Shown: piece by piece, positions 13,001-25,238 of the stretch | How positions within the stretch are numbered: the stretch's first letter is position 1 | Layout: each line of letters begins with the position of its first letter | Assembly (NCBI GenBank): GCA_964106645.2 | Contig: OZ067038.1 | Origin: Podarcis pityusensis | Lineage: Eukaryota | Reading direction: 5' to 3' (one strand) | Length of the DNA stretch: 64,000 nt | Translations under genes and position numbers: made by a program | The notes under the pieces: generated by a model | The model's input: the letters and a program-made list of their open reading frames with translations, nothing else | Databases searched by the model: none | What the model was told of the DNA's origin: nothing

Positions 13001-16000
13001 CACCCAACCCTTCCAGAGCCAATTTTGGGGAGCACATAGGGGGCAGGGGGGGACAACCCTGTTGTGCAAACAGAAGTCAGCTTCTGCTGATGGGACTCAT
13101 TAGCTGAATCCTGCCTGAGAAGTCTGCAGTAAGGAAATTCAAATGCTAATACTGCAGTGCATTACACATCCAAAATGCAAAACATTTCAGTGCTTTCACC
13201 ATCCTGTCCAGATAGTTCATCAATCATCCAAGATTTTGCAGGGCAAAAATAGGATTTCTTGTGCCAACCGAAGTGCAAGAAGTCACAGGCTATACCCATC
13301 GTATCATTTATCTCACACTGTGTGGAGCTGCCTTTAAACTGTCCCGCAAATTGATATTGTTATAATTTGGCTATTATTGGCTATTTATTAGTATTATTTA
13401 TACTAATAAAAATTTACTTATGAAAAGAATTAAATTAACAGTCCCTGTTTTATTGCTACCTTCCTAGCAGCTCCTTTTTGCATCTTTTTTTCCACCTTGA
13501 ATTCATCCTTCTTCACCATGGGTGACTAAAAATTAAGCACAGTACTCCAGAAATGGCCCCAGTCACCTGTAATGCAAAGGGCCACCATTTTCTACTGCCC
13601 TACCAGAAGTGCTTGAATGTACCCTGTTTACAGCCCATGACATTGTTCAGAAAAGGGCCGTTCATCCGACGCTGTTCCTCCTAGCAATAAACATGCAGGT
13701 GCTGTCTGCCCTGCCACCTTACCTGATAGCGCAATCTGCATTCTTGTACTATTCCAGAGATGGAGCTACTTCAAGCATCAGTGTACAATGCCAGAGGCTA
13801 TGCTGCTATTATGGCTTACCATGTTTCTAACATGCCTTTAGGAACAGGCAATTGTCGCAAAAATTTCCAAACTATGTTTTGAAGCATACCGCGGACCAAA
13901 TGACCAGAGCTGAGTAGGAAAACTGGTTCCTCAACTGTGTCACATGCTCAAGAAACATTTGTTTTCAATATTTAGAGCAGAAGGCCATTACAGTCGTACC
14001 TTGATTTTCGAACAACTTAGTTCTCGAAGATTTTGGCTCCTGAACGCCGCAAACGTGGAAATGAGTGTGCCGGTTTGGAAGCTATTTTTGAAAGCTGAGC
14101 ATCCAAACGGGGCTTCCACGGCTTCCGATTGGCTGCAGGAGCTTTCTGCAGCCAATCAGAAGCCACGCTTTGGTTTCCAAACATTTTGGAAGTCGACTTC
14201 CAAGGTACGACTGTACTGATGTCTTCATAACCTTCAGATTTCATTACAGCAATACTATCTACCTTTCAAAACTGATCATTAGGTTACCATTCAGATAAGT
14301 TACATACGGCTATGTTTTTCGCCAGCTGCAGGCCCAGCCTTAGACTGAAGTTGAACTCTCACCAGAGAAATAAGAATGGCTGCAATGCACAGGGCAGAAG
14401 ATCTGAAATTTTGCCCTTCTATTTCTGAGACAGTGCATGTAGCAATGAAGGTGGTAGCTGGAAGCAGTTTTTCACTTCCCTTTAGAACATATAAAAACAT
14501 ATGAGCCCTCACAGCGACAGCAGTGGGCTGGTGAGAATGCCATGCAATTAATATCTAAACCACAATTAAGAGAATAAGAGTGAGCTGTCTGATAACATGC
14601 TTATACCCCCCACAGTCTCTCCCTAAAGCAAACTCCTTACCCAAAGTTAAAGGGCATTTCGACACCGATATTATCAGCAGCTAATGTTAACTACCTGTTT
14701 AGCCAAGGATTCTTGACCAGCTTCAAACTTTGGTTAAGAGCCCTGGGTTAAAAGATGAGGCCCATTACGTGCGCACAGCCTCTGTTTGCTGTTTTTCTAG
14801 AGCAAGGCTCTTTTCAGGCTGAGGACTGCATTCCCTTCAGGGCAATATTTGTGGTGGGTGGGGCCAGAGGCAAAAATGAGAGGAGCAACAGATATGCATT
14901 TTAGCTTTGCACAGTAGGCTAGTTTCCATATATGCATACACTCCACCCTGCAAGAGACATGCTCAGTATTCACATTCCAGCCAGGCAAAAACAGGATGTG
15001 GCTGGGAAGAGACCCAAGGGTCAGAGGGAGAGGGCTCAATGGCCATATTTGGTTCCCAGGGCCTAAGGTTCCCCACCTCTGCTCTAGAAAAGGAATAACG
15101 TGCCAAAACTATCACCAGAATCACAGTTTTAAGACCATGAAAGAAGTGGCTTACTTGATGTGTTCTTGGTGACCAGATCCCTGCACAGTTTTAGCACCCC
15201 AGCGCTGTTCTTTTTCACTCACATCATTCTGAAAGTACACAGGAAAGAGAAACAGGTTAAGCAGCAATTACAATTGAACCAGAGCGTTCAGAGGTGAAAG
15301 AGACTTTAAGGTCTGTAATGACAGCAAATCCTACAGTTGCATCCTCCCTGCCTCTTCCCATCTGTCACTGGTCATTTTGGCTAATTTCAATTTCATATCC
15401 TGCCCTCTTCCAACAAGTCCTTCAGCAGGAGAAACATCCAGCTACTAAAAAACCCAGTTAAATCCATTTATTTGTTGCGTACAAACATAAGCATGTCCCT
15501 CCCGATGACTCTCAGACTTTGACTTAAAAAGGTAAAGGTACCCCTGCCCGTACGGGCCAGTTGTGTCCGACTCTAGGGTTGTGCGCCCATCTCACTTAAG
15601 AGGCTGGGGGCCACTTCCGGGTCACGTGGCCAGCGTGACAAAGCTGCATCTGGCGAGCCAGCACAGCGCACGGAAACGCCGTTTACCTTCCCACCAGTAA
15701 GCGGTCCTTATTTATCTACTTGCACCCGGGGGTGCTTTCGAACTGCTAGGTTGGCAGGCGCTGGGACCGAGCAACGGGAGCGCACCCCGCCGCGGGGATT
15801 CGAACCGCTGACCTTTCGATCGGCAAGTCCTAGACACTGAGGCTTTTACCCACAGCGCCAGCAATCCCTAAATTACTTGCTTTTCTCTGATTCTAACTAG
15901 CATGGCTAGCATTTAGAGAAAGTGTCTAACCATACCACAAAGTCAGGATCCGTTTCCCAGTCATCAGCACCATCATCTTGGCTGACACTGATAGTGTGGC

Positions 16001-16019
16001 CTGCGCTTGCTTTCCACAT
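952..16019 (-). CDS. CTTN: Cortactin, spliced CDS span (11 coding exons in window; 3' end outside window)
   Basis: Joined exons read [53 protein letters not shown]-... with the DDW Arp2/3 motif and 37-aa cortactin repeats (GFGGKYGVQ...DKSA.GF.YQ). Phases are consistent. Confidence 0.98.
2021..2076 (-). CDS. CTTN: CTTN half-repeat exon (56 nt)
   Basis: tag|AC TAT...GAT AAG|gtatg; [19 protein letters not shown]. Confidence 0.97.
3107..3315. mobile_element. Tc1/mariner-type MITE, family A
   Basis: TA|CAGTGGTACCTC...GAGGTACCACTG|TA TIRs; internal 16-bp gtaacctgaagcgtat repeats. Confidence 0.9.
3907..4017 (-). CDS. CTTN: CTTN repeat exon (111 nt; human exon 11 equivalent, GC donor)
   Basis: cag|AC TAT...CAA CAA G|gcatag; [37 protein letters not shown]. 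Confidence 0.93.
4152..5205 (-). mobile_element. L2-clade LINE fragment (degraded RT to 3' end)
   Basis: [21 protein letters not shown] and QYADD-like motif; LNLGKTEVL; frameshifted. Confidence 0.85.
5767..5877 (-). CDS. CTTN: CTTN repeat exon (111 nt; human exon 10 equivalent)
   Basis: tag|AT TAT...AAA G|gtata; [37 protein letters not shown]. Confidence 0.97.
7078..7188 (-). CDS. CTTN: CTTN repeat exon (111 nt)
   Basis: cag|AT TAT...AAA G|gtttt; [37 protein letters not shown]. Confidence 0.97.
8103..8213 (-). CDS. CTTN: CTTN repeat exon (111 nt)
   Basis: cag|AC TAC...AAA G|gtttg; [37 protein letters not shown]. Confidence 0.97.
8782..8993. mobile_element. Tc1/mariner-type MITE, family A
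   Basis: TA|CAGTGGTACCTTGGGTTA...TAACCCAAGGTACCACTG|TA. Confidence 0.9.
9074..9128 (-). CDS. CTTN: CTTN half-repeat exon (55 nt)
   Basis: cag|TCC GCT...CAG AAA G|gtaaa; [18 protein letters not shown]. Confidence 0.97.
9338..9448 (-). CDS. CTTN: CTTN repeat exon (111 nt)
   Basis: cag|TCA GCT...GAC CAG|gtaaa; [37 protein letters not shown]. Confidence 0.97.
12530..12659 (-). CDS. CTTN: CTTN exon (130 nt)
   Basis: aaaaag|C ATT CAT AAG...GAC AAA|gtaag; [43 protein letters not shown]. Confidence 0.96.
13991..14213. mobile_element. Tc1/mariner-type MITE, family B
   Basis: TA|CAGTCGTACCTTG...CAAGGTACGACTG|TA; body shared with 60666-60912. Confidence 0.88.
15155..15228 (-). CDS. CTTN: CTTN exon (74 nt)
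   Basis: cag|AAT GAT GTG...CAC ATC AA|gtaag; [24 protein letters not shown]. Confidence 0.97.
15527..15860 (-). mobile_element. Sauria SINE
   Basis: tRNA-like head (ggttcgaatccc B-box), ccaacctagcagttcgaaagca core, ACCTTT tail. Confidence 0.9.
15936..16019 (-). CDS. CTTN: CTTN first coding exon (84 nt), NTA acidic region
   Basis: tttcag|ATG TGG AAA...GAC TTT GTG|gtatg; [28 protein letters not shown]. Confidence 0.97.
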
Positions 16020-17842
16020 CTGAAATTTCAGAAGAAACAGTGACATTAGAATAAAAAAGGTTTCATACTTGCAGTACAAAATAGTTCTGCAAGAATCACA
16101 TTATTATTGCCAGGAAAAATATATAGATTTCACCCTCTAACCCAATGAAAGGTTGGTTAATGGCTTTGCTATGGTTAGATACTGCCAACAACTGCAATTC
16201 TAATGGGTGTACATTTAGCTAACCCCACATTGTTGCAAGCTGAATACATTTTAAAGAATCCTCTTGCCATTATTTCACAGCTAGGAATAGTTACTGGCAT
16301 AATTTCAAAGGAAAAGGAGGAAATTCATTCCGGTAAGAGTCAACATGCATATATGTTTGGTTCATTCATTCATCTGAAACACATTGTGAACCAGCAACAG
16401 AAAGGGAGGCCAGTTCAGAGAAGGCATGACACAAGCTGAACTGTTTAGCCAGCTCACCTCTGCACACTTACAGCAATATAAGATAGTTTTTGCTTCTACT
16501 ATTATTTATTGCAGTTATGGAAATAGGTGATTTTAAAGGTAGCTTCTCTTTATATAAATGAGTTTCAACTGAGATAAAAATGGCCATGGGCATTAATTAA
16601 AGACATGTGGACAATCTGGAGCAATTTCTTGCCTGCCCACACAGGCAGTTTGAAGGCCACCCGGTTCCATAAAGCTCAAATCCTCTCCCCACAAAACATA
16701 CCAGACCAAAAATAAGGCTGCAATGCTCTATAAGACACACTGAATTCAACCAGGCTCACTTTAGAGTAAGTGTGCTTGGGATTACATACAGTTATCAACA
16801 TTCAGAGAGGATCAGAGGTACTGCACAACAGACAACATTTCAGCCTCTCTTCTTTTGCAGACGCAAGAGATACTGAGTTTTCCTTTCCAGCTCTAACCTT
16901 TCTAGTTTTCCACTGAACATGGTTAGCAGCTCAGTGGCTTTAAATTTCCTATGCAATTTGCTGTTCTGGCCAATTTCTTTCAAACCAGGCTGGAGAGAAA
17001 CGTTATCCATGAGTCATTGACTCACACAATTTCTGGAAAAGGGGTAAGGGGGTGGGGAATAGAGAACTCAGACAATCAGACACGCTGGCTACTTTGTTCT
17101 ACTGATTCTTCAGCAGCCAGAGAGGAATATTATTACTGTATTATTATTACCGTATATTTGTACCCCACACATCTGATTGGGTTCCTCCAGCCACCCTGGG
17201 TGGATTCCAACATATCAAAACATAATAAAACATTAAAAGAATTTATCCAGACTGTAGTCAAGAAAGGAGGGTGGCATGCAGAGTGTATTTTATACAGCAA
17301 GAAAGTAAAAAGTGGTGTAGCAAGTCAACCCCAATTGCCTCAGAGGAATTTTTTCACATTAGCTACCCATCCTATAGGTCTGTGCTATAGAATATAAGGT
17401 TACTGCATTTGTGTACATATCCTCCCTAAGTGAGCAAAGAGCAGGCCTCAAAATAATACCTTAAATTAACCGTTGTCAGTAATCTCCCTTTCATGGGTAT
17501 TTGGAGTTTCTTGACTTGTACACATTTCTGCCGGTATACTACATATACTGTATGTGCCATTTGGGTCAGAAAGTCAGATACATCCAGCATCTATTAATTT
17601 TAGGACTACAGGCTTCTCTGTGCCTTTAAAAACAGTCTGGCATGCAAATACTGAGCAAATGAAGCTTTTCATATCACTAGTTCAATATCAGGAAAACGGT
17701 TTGCCACCAACTAGTGTTAGGTAAAATATAAATACAATCTTGATCACTAAACCATGGTTTGGCCATCAGGTAACATTTTGTCTGGACCCAACTTCTCATG
17801 TTGATTAGAAAAAGAGGAATGAGGGAAGCTATGGTCAAATGA

Positions 17843-17955
17843 ATGTTGGGCTCCCAACTCTCTCCAACCCCAGCCAGCATGACCAATGGTCAGGGTTGAT
17901 AGAAACTGTAGCCCAGGAACATTTGGGGGTGGGGCACAGGCTTGCCAGCCCTGCT
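17843..17955. repeat. Short squamate palindromic repeat (related copies near 5545-5635, 22020-22075, 23515-23630, 63880-63940)
   Basis: cccagccagcatgaccaatggtcaggg.tgat.g.a..tgtag core recurring. Confidence 0.55.
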
Positions 17956-18574
17956 CTAGGAAGTGCAATGAGGTAGGAAATAAAACAGAGTGGGACATAG
18001 ACAATTAGATTCAAAGCTGAAAAGGCAAAGCAATGACCACAACAGAAACAAACATCTTCAATCAGCACTCTTCATTGAAACACTGGGTAGTCCAGTGGTA
18101 TGTGGACTTCAGAACGAAAGAATGAATGAGTCCAACTTCTGCCTGCGCCATGAGTAACATTTTGTGTGACTGACTGAATCACAGGCAATGAACAACCACA
18201 GAATTGCAAGCCGTTTCCAAAGGACAGTATCTGCATCCAGTTGAACAGTGCTCTTCTCTGGATTCCGAAAGCGCAATGTCTCACAGGATGACAAGGGTAG
18301 GCCCAGACACATCAACATCCGTAGGATGAATATAACATGCCAGCTAGGCAGTAGTTTTCAGACACATGATCTGCGGCAGCGCTCATGACCTGCTGCCTCC
18401 ATAAACTACTGGCTCACGTGCCGTGGCCTTTCGGCAATTATAATCATGGAAATGCATCTAACAAGCACAAATAAGCATCCCCTCAAGGCTCCAGGAAAAT
18501 CATTGCACATCTCCCTATTGCATTAATGGCTAAGAAGTGGGTGGGGGTGGGGTTCAATCACAGGACAAAGAGAA

Positions 18575-18727
18575 GGGCTATTAGCGTAGTGGCAGAGTGC
18601 CTATTTTGCACTCAGGTCTCCAGTTCCATCCCCAGCATCTCCAGGTAGCCTTGGAGAAACCTTGGAAGGCATGGAGACAATGCTGAGCTAGATGGACCAT
18701 TGCTGGGTGGACCTGGCAGCTTCATAT
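18575..18727 (+). mobile_element. Degenerate Squam3-type SINE
   Basis: tRNA-like head, catctccaggtag, gacaatgctgagctagatggacca, ggcagcttc tail. Confidence 0.65.
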
Positions 18728-19585
18728 CCTAGAGACACTTACGGGTTGTTTTGATGTTCACCCTGCCAGAGTTCTTACCAGCTTTAAGCTTGCGGGGAGC
18801 AGCACCCCCAAGATGAAGCTGTCAAATAACTTCCTTCCCCTGAGATCCAACACCACACCCCACACAATGATATTCTCCTACTCCATACAAGCCCATCCAG
18901 TTTTTGCATCCACAGTCACTAGCCTGAATTGCAATCCATGCGCCCAGGAACATGCCAACTGCCCAGGGGGGCGGGCAGTCCTCTCTCCAGCACGATGCTG
19001 CCCCCACGAGCAGGCACGGAGCGCGGGCACGCCCGGCGAGCGGAAGAGCGAGCCGGGAAGGCGCTCCCCTCCCTTCGGGAACGAGCGTCCCAGACAAGGA
19101 AGCAAAAGCAGCTCAGCCCCCTTCGATCAGCTGCCTCCTCGCCACCGAAGAACAAAGGGCGATCAAAGCGAGGCAGCCCACCCAGCCAGCCACGGAGATG
19201 CCATGTGGCACCCCAGCCCCCACTTCCTCCCTCCCTATACGACTCTTCTCCTTCCTCCTCCCCTCACAAATCTCAATCTGGGCTGCTCCAGGTACGGGCC
19301 CCACCTTGCAGCGCCGATGCCCTAGTTAGATCCCAGGGATGGCCATGCTGCGCGTGGCGCAGAAATCAGAACCAAGGCACCCCCCGCCCACTTGATTTTT
19401 ATTTGATTTTTTTAAGCCCCCACGCCCGGCTCCAGCCAAGACCCGAGTCCCGCTACGGGCAAGCGGATCGCGGGCGGCAGCGACCCTCCCGGCTTGCGGA
19501 TCTTGCTGCGCCGAGGAGCCTCCCCGTGGCTGGCGCAAAAGGCGAGCCGCGCAAGGGAGCACCTGGCCGGGCTCCTGCCACTTAC

Positions 19586-19720
19586 TTTGTTCCCAGCCCA
19601 CTTCCTGGCTGCCCAGGCGCCTTCCTCTCCCGATGCAGCGTCTCCTCGCTTTCCCCTGCTGGGGCTTCCTAACTCGGCTGGTGCTGCAATTTCCGCCTCT
19701 CCCAAGATCCCGTTTCCTGT
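19586..19720 (-). other. CTTN: Putative non-coding first exon of CTTN (5' boundary approximate)
   Basis: Strong donor ACAAA|gtaagt at 19586/19585 inside the CpG island, upstream of the ATG exon. Confidence 0.6.
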
Positions 19721-19830
19721 TTTTCATCACAGCGCGTCATCAGGTGGGAGAGGACTAAAGCGAGCTGCCGGTGGTGGTTGGCACTCGGCTCCGGGCGGGC
19801 TTTGCAGCAAGTCCGCGGAAAGGGGGGTCG

Positions 19831-19840
19831 CCTATATTGG
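19831..19840. promoter_or_regulatory. Consensus CArG box (SRF site) CCTATATTGG
   Basis: Exact CC(A/T)6GG match roughly 110 bp upstream of the presumed CTTN TSS. Confidence 0.55.
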
Positions 19841-20149
19841 AAACCCCGCGATGCGTCCCTCGCTTCTCCTATGCAAAAGCTCCCGGACCCCTCTCTCTGC
19901 GCCGCCTCTTTCTAACGCGCTTGCTCGGGTCCCCAGCCGCTATGGGAGCATCGTTTCGTACCAAAGCGTGTAATGGCTTTTGCCATTCAGAGGGTGGGAG
20001 TAGGGGAACCCAGGCGTTCAAGTCGGCCGGTGGGTGGGCGGGAAATTTTACTAGCAATTGGATCACAACGTCGATCCAAAAGTATACCATGTCTCACTGA
20101 TTTGAGTGGGGTTGGCTCCCAGCTAAAATGGGCATAGGGTTATTTAACA

Positions 20150-21100
20150 AAATTTGCATACCGCCACTAGTACAAAAGACCTCTAAACGGCTTACAGTAG
20201 ATAGCCTAAAATATTAATTTTAAAAAATCATTAAAAACAAGTAACATAAAAAATTAAGCTTTAAAATAACATCTGTAATTTTAAAACAGTTGTACTTACG
20301 AAAATGAGGCATTAAAATTGCATGTTAAGATTACATGCCTGGGTAGCCTTGCTGGAACTAAAATAGTTTTTAGTAGGCACGGGAAAACCATTTGGAGAAT
20401 GCACCTGCCTAATATCAATGAGCAGAGAATTCCAAAGTGTAGGTGCTGCAACACTGAAAGGTTGGCTTCTTGCAAGCATGGAATGAACATTGTATTGTAC
20501 TTGTAAAAGCGCCAGTCCCACAGACTGAAGTGGCCGACTGGACACATATGAGGCAAGGCCCCCTTTAAGAAAACTGGCCCCAAGTTGTTGAGAGCAGTAA
20601 CATATTGCCCTTGACCTTGTAACATACCGGCAGCCACTGCAGATCTCTGAGCAAGATATGCTGAGAGGGTCTCACTCCTGTCAGCGAGCCTGCTGCAGTT
20701 TCCAGGCCAAGCACAAGGGAAGTCCTGCATAGTAATCCAATACTGAAGTCATTAATGCCTGAACATTAAGGTGCAACAAGCTATCCCAATCCTGTTGTTG
20801 CACCAGTCAAAGCAAGCAGAAGCCACTCCTAGCCACTGAGGCCTCCAATCACAACCCCATCCAGGGACGGCAACTGGCCAATTTCTCAGACACAGGAAAC
20901 CATTCACCCACAGTGCCTCCATCTTACTGGGATTCAAAGCTCAGTTTCTTTTTCCTCATCCAACCCACCACTGTGCCTGGGCACCAGTCCAGGTCCTGCA
21001 CAGCCTCTCCTGATTGAGATGTTGTGGAGAAATAGAGCAGAGTATCACTAGCATACTGATGGCACTTTGCCCCCGAAATTACAGCCTCACATGACCGTTT
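20150..21100 (-). mobile_element. L2-clade LINE fragment
   Basis: CHQYASDTLLYFS, NPSKMEALWV, FSVAAPTLWNSL motifs in broken frames. Confidence 0.82.
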
Positions 21101-23869
21101 GTGTAGGGCCATCACAAATGAGGAAGAAAGGAGCTGGAGGGATCCAGGGCTTCAGCAGAGGGAGGACAAAAGCAACAGTCTTTGACCTGGAATAACGGGT
21201 CACTTCCACTTTTCTGCCTCAGGTTGTTTCCCTTCTTCCCAGCCAAGCTCCTGTAGAAGAAGGAAGCACTCTAGCCACTTTTGCCAGGCATGTGCATGGG
21301 AAGACTAGGTAAACAGAACACTCTTTTTACCATCTGCAAGTCCAAACTTCAGAGATCCGTGCTTTAAAAATGGCATTTCTATAGCTTAAAAAAGTTGTCT
21401 ATTGAACTCCAAATAATAGCAATGATGTTGGAAACTCATGTTTGGGGCACGGAGCAGAGACCGACTGCTTAAAAACATGTATGTATTGGAAACTGTTAAG
21501 GAACACTTTTCTACTCTTTGGAAACCTGCAGCTTAAAAAAAAATGTTCTAGGATACAATTTCCTATAGACCTTTTTTAGGGTAAATGAGAGATGTTACAC
21601 CATTGGGAAAGAAGAGCAATGATTCACAATACAGTTTAATGGTGGCAAAAATGTGAAGAAGAGTCTAGAAAAGCAACTTAATTTCAACTATGGAATTTAT
21701 AGCTGAATGAAATTTGGAACATGACTGTTATATGCTAAAAAGCAAGTTTCTAAAAGCTTCTCTTAAAACTGTTGTGGCTGACCTCAACAAGATTTCCAAG
21801 TATTAGCACCATCGCTTGTTTCATTGCATTGCTTCAAAATGTGCAAATCTAGCCCTGCTCTCTCTGTGTGTCTATCATTCTGCTGAATAGGGCCCTGGAC
21901 TTCTGCCCAGAGAGCATCACTGTTTCCAGGAGAGAATATTCTACAAAACTGAAGCAGAAAACTTTTCTTATGGCATGGGGAGAGAAGAGCCAGCCAGATC
22001 TCAAGTGATGGAAAGGCTCACCAGCCCTAGCCAACATGGGCAATGGTCAGGGATGATAGGAATAGTTATCTGGAGGACACTTATGGACACTGGGCCTTGG
22101 CTCAAACTCCTGGAGACCCAGAAGCCAGTCAGGACTGGGGGTGTGTGTTGACCAATCACGAGGGAGTGGAGAGTTGAAGAAGAGAACCTGACATAAATGG
22201 TCAGATAGCGCTTAGGTGGATTTTAGGCTTTTAAAGGCTTGGCTGGGTGGTCAGGGTTTCGCTAGGCTGGGCAACCCAGATTATTTCTGAGGGGAAGGAA
22301 AAGATTCTAGGAGGAGTCTGAAAGTGTTTTACTGGCTGAGTAAATAACCATTTTTGGAACAATTAGTTTAATTAGAAACAGGTTTAAAGTAAAGCTTTAA
22401 GTAAAGTTCTTAATTACTTCTGTAAAGTGATCTGACTGAAACAAAGTGTTGTACCTTCCCAGAGTAATCACTGAGCTTTAACCCTCACTGAATGTGTATA
22501 AATAAAATTCCAGTCTTGTTTCCAACATGCCTCATTCATACTTTGATCTACTGATTGAGGGATAAGTGGCCTCAGGTTTTCCTTTATATAAAGAATCCTT
22601 GCTGCTGCATTAGTAAACACTACCATGTACAGAGAATCTCTGACCTCTCAAGAATTATTGTCAGGAGGTGTTTTAAATTTTAACGTGCCTTCAACCTGGT
22701 CATAGTACCTTGCTCCCATCTTTACTGAGGGAGTTTGCCAGTGTGCCAGACACCACACTGACTACCCAAGGTCTAAGATACTGATACAGAATTAAAAGGG
22801 GAAACTGCTGGGAACATTAATCTTCCTCCTTTCCAGGGTTTGAGTTGCAAGTATGGAAGGAAAAGAAGCTGCAACTCCTTACCTCTAGGGTAGCAAACAT
22901 CTGTTTCGTTTGATTCTGTGCTTGCACCTCAAAATGCGAGCGGCAAGTTGTGAACCGCTGAGATGGAAAGGAAAAGCTAGGGGAAATGTGTGATTCATCT
23001 GCACTGAAATGACTGCAGAGAGAACCGAGGCTGGTTCCTGTTATCATTCAATATTGAGGAAAGCACATTCAACACAGAGTTGCTATAGCTACCAGAAATA
23101 TTAATCTGTTTCTACACTAAAGTGCTAGAATAGCATAGATGAAAAAAAAGGGAGGGGGGATAATCCCTAGATTACAGGACAATAGCTCCTGGTCACAGGG
23201 CTAAGCAGCCATTTAGAAAACAAGAGGATGGCAGAAGGCAACAGCAGTTTCATCAGTTCAACTGTGGGGTGAACTTCAAAAGGTTTAAAAGCAACCCACT
23301 TACTGAAGCATTCTAGAAATGCTTGTTTTATGTGGCACATTTTGAGACAAATTTTCATCAGCAGGGTTCCTGCACACAGCTGAGGGGCTCAGCCATGCAT
23401 TGTTACGCAGGCTTACTGTGAAGTTGCACTGGAGTCCAATGGAGTTAACCATCAAAGCCGCAATCTAATGTAGGGCTACACTTTAGGAACGTAAACAGAC
23501 TGTGACATAGCACAGGCGGTGCTTTCCAGATGTTCTGGGTAATTCACATCAGTCCTCAGCCAGCATGGGCAATAGGAGAATGGGAGTTGTAGTGCAAAGC
23601 TACTCGAACACCACGTTGTGCTACACCACGGCTAGCTTAAGTGTCTTGAAGGTTATGGGACTTGCCTCAGTTTAAACCAGCCTCACCCAAGTTGTAGTCT
23701 AATTCTGGAAGTTGTGCTTCAAAATCATCTGGAGGGCATCTGGGCTGGGGAAAGCTGGTTTCAGCAAAGGGGAACATGACTGGATGCTTCACAAGAAATC
23801 TCATCCACATCAATTAATTACTTGAAATCTCACTTCAAAACACTTCAACCCCCATTGCTGGCAGTGGAA

Positions 23870-25238
23870 AAAAATGCTTCAGTACTTTATTGAAAGAAAG
23901 CAATAAATAATACTGTGATAAAAATAGTTCAAAAGTACTTAGTCTGTACATATTTTGTTACATAATCAGAAGTACACATAAAAGATTAATAGAAAAAAAC
24001 AACAAAACAGTAACAATGAATTTCAGTCATACAATTAAAAAGAGCCAAAACCAAAACAGAAAAAGACATGCTGGATATATTATTGCATAATAAATAATGC
24101 ACCATAATCTGAACTCATTCCTCGCTGGCCTCTTAAAGATGCTATTTAAAAAAAGAATGATGCATTTTTCTACTTATATTGGTTGAAATGGCTAACGCTA
24201 TTAACAATTAATTTTTTGTCCAGAATTTAAAACAAGTTTATAAATATATGCAAAAGATGGCGTAAGAAAAATAAGGCCTTTTAAATAGTTGCACTACTAT
24301 ACGCTTTAGCCTCACGGGCCATCAGCATTTTCGTCATGAGACAGTTGCGCATCATGATTGGTCCACTTAGAAGAATTGCATCAGTATTTTTCTGAAAAAC
24401 AGTTTCACATCAAAATACAGGAGAGCACTTCGTTGCCTGTTGAGTACTATTAGGAGCTATCCTCGGTTAAGAGAAAATATTTCCGCTTATGGCTTATGCT
24501 CAGTCAATGAACATAGACTGTACAAATATAGCCACAAAAAAGTAGTTATAAATGAGCTCACCAGGTCTCACACACATTTCATAGTATTCAAATAAATCCC
24601 ACATTTTAGAATTTCATTTAAAGCAAGTTATATTGAACAGAAGACTTAAATAAATCCACATTAAAATCATATGCTAGGTGGAAAAAGTAGAGTTATGAAC
24701 GGAAATAGAAGCAGGTACCATGCCCACTTTATTAATAAACATATGCTTCTCTGAAAAAAATGGGATTTATTTAACATTTTAGAGCTAGCTAGCATTTTCC
24801 AAATGGCAAAATATATATACTGCTTGAGTCAGGATACCTTTACAAAGATAGTAAAATCCTTTTCACCTGTGTTTATTATTAAAAACTTATTACTGATAAT
24901 TACAATAACTGCATAATTTACAAAAACCCTACATTGCTTATAGGGGTAGATACATACAAGCATTACAGTACATTCAGTTGAAGAGACTAAAATTAACAAA
25001 TCGGCAGTAATTTGATTTATAGACTGAATACAAAGGTAAGTAATAAGACTCACATACACTTACATAAATATAAGAAACATTTAAGTCTAAAATACTTTCT
25101 CTATAGTACTCACAAATTCATCTAATTAAAAACTCTGTAATAAAATATTTCAAAGTGTTGATTTAACAAGTATTAACAAGATTAAAGATTTGAATTGTTT
25201 CCAAAATACGGTCTTTGATTCAAAATGTTTCAGGTCAT
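23870..25238 (-). other. PPFIA1: PPFIA1 terminal 3' UTR exon
   Basis: Acceptor ctatttctacag|ATG at 25238; AT-rich and free of recognisable repeats; ends near AATAAA. Confidence 0.75.
23886..23891 (-). terminator. Distal polyadenylation signal AATAAA (further hexamers at 24728-24733, 24766-24771, 24872-24877)
   Basis: tttatt on + strand at the end of the UTR-like block. Confidence 0.7.

Larger units (their letters stand above)
18950..20050. promoter_or_regulatory. CpG island / CTTN promoter
   Basis: High GC and CpG density against AT-rich flanks; GC box and TGACG half-site; position 5' of CTTN. Confidence 0.88.

Noticed and set aside
18813-20100. Several long overlapping ORFs (up to 247 aa)
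   Set aside because: Stop-codon scarcity in a GC-rich CpG island; low-complexity R/P/A/G products with no recognisable domain.
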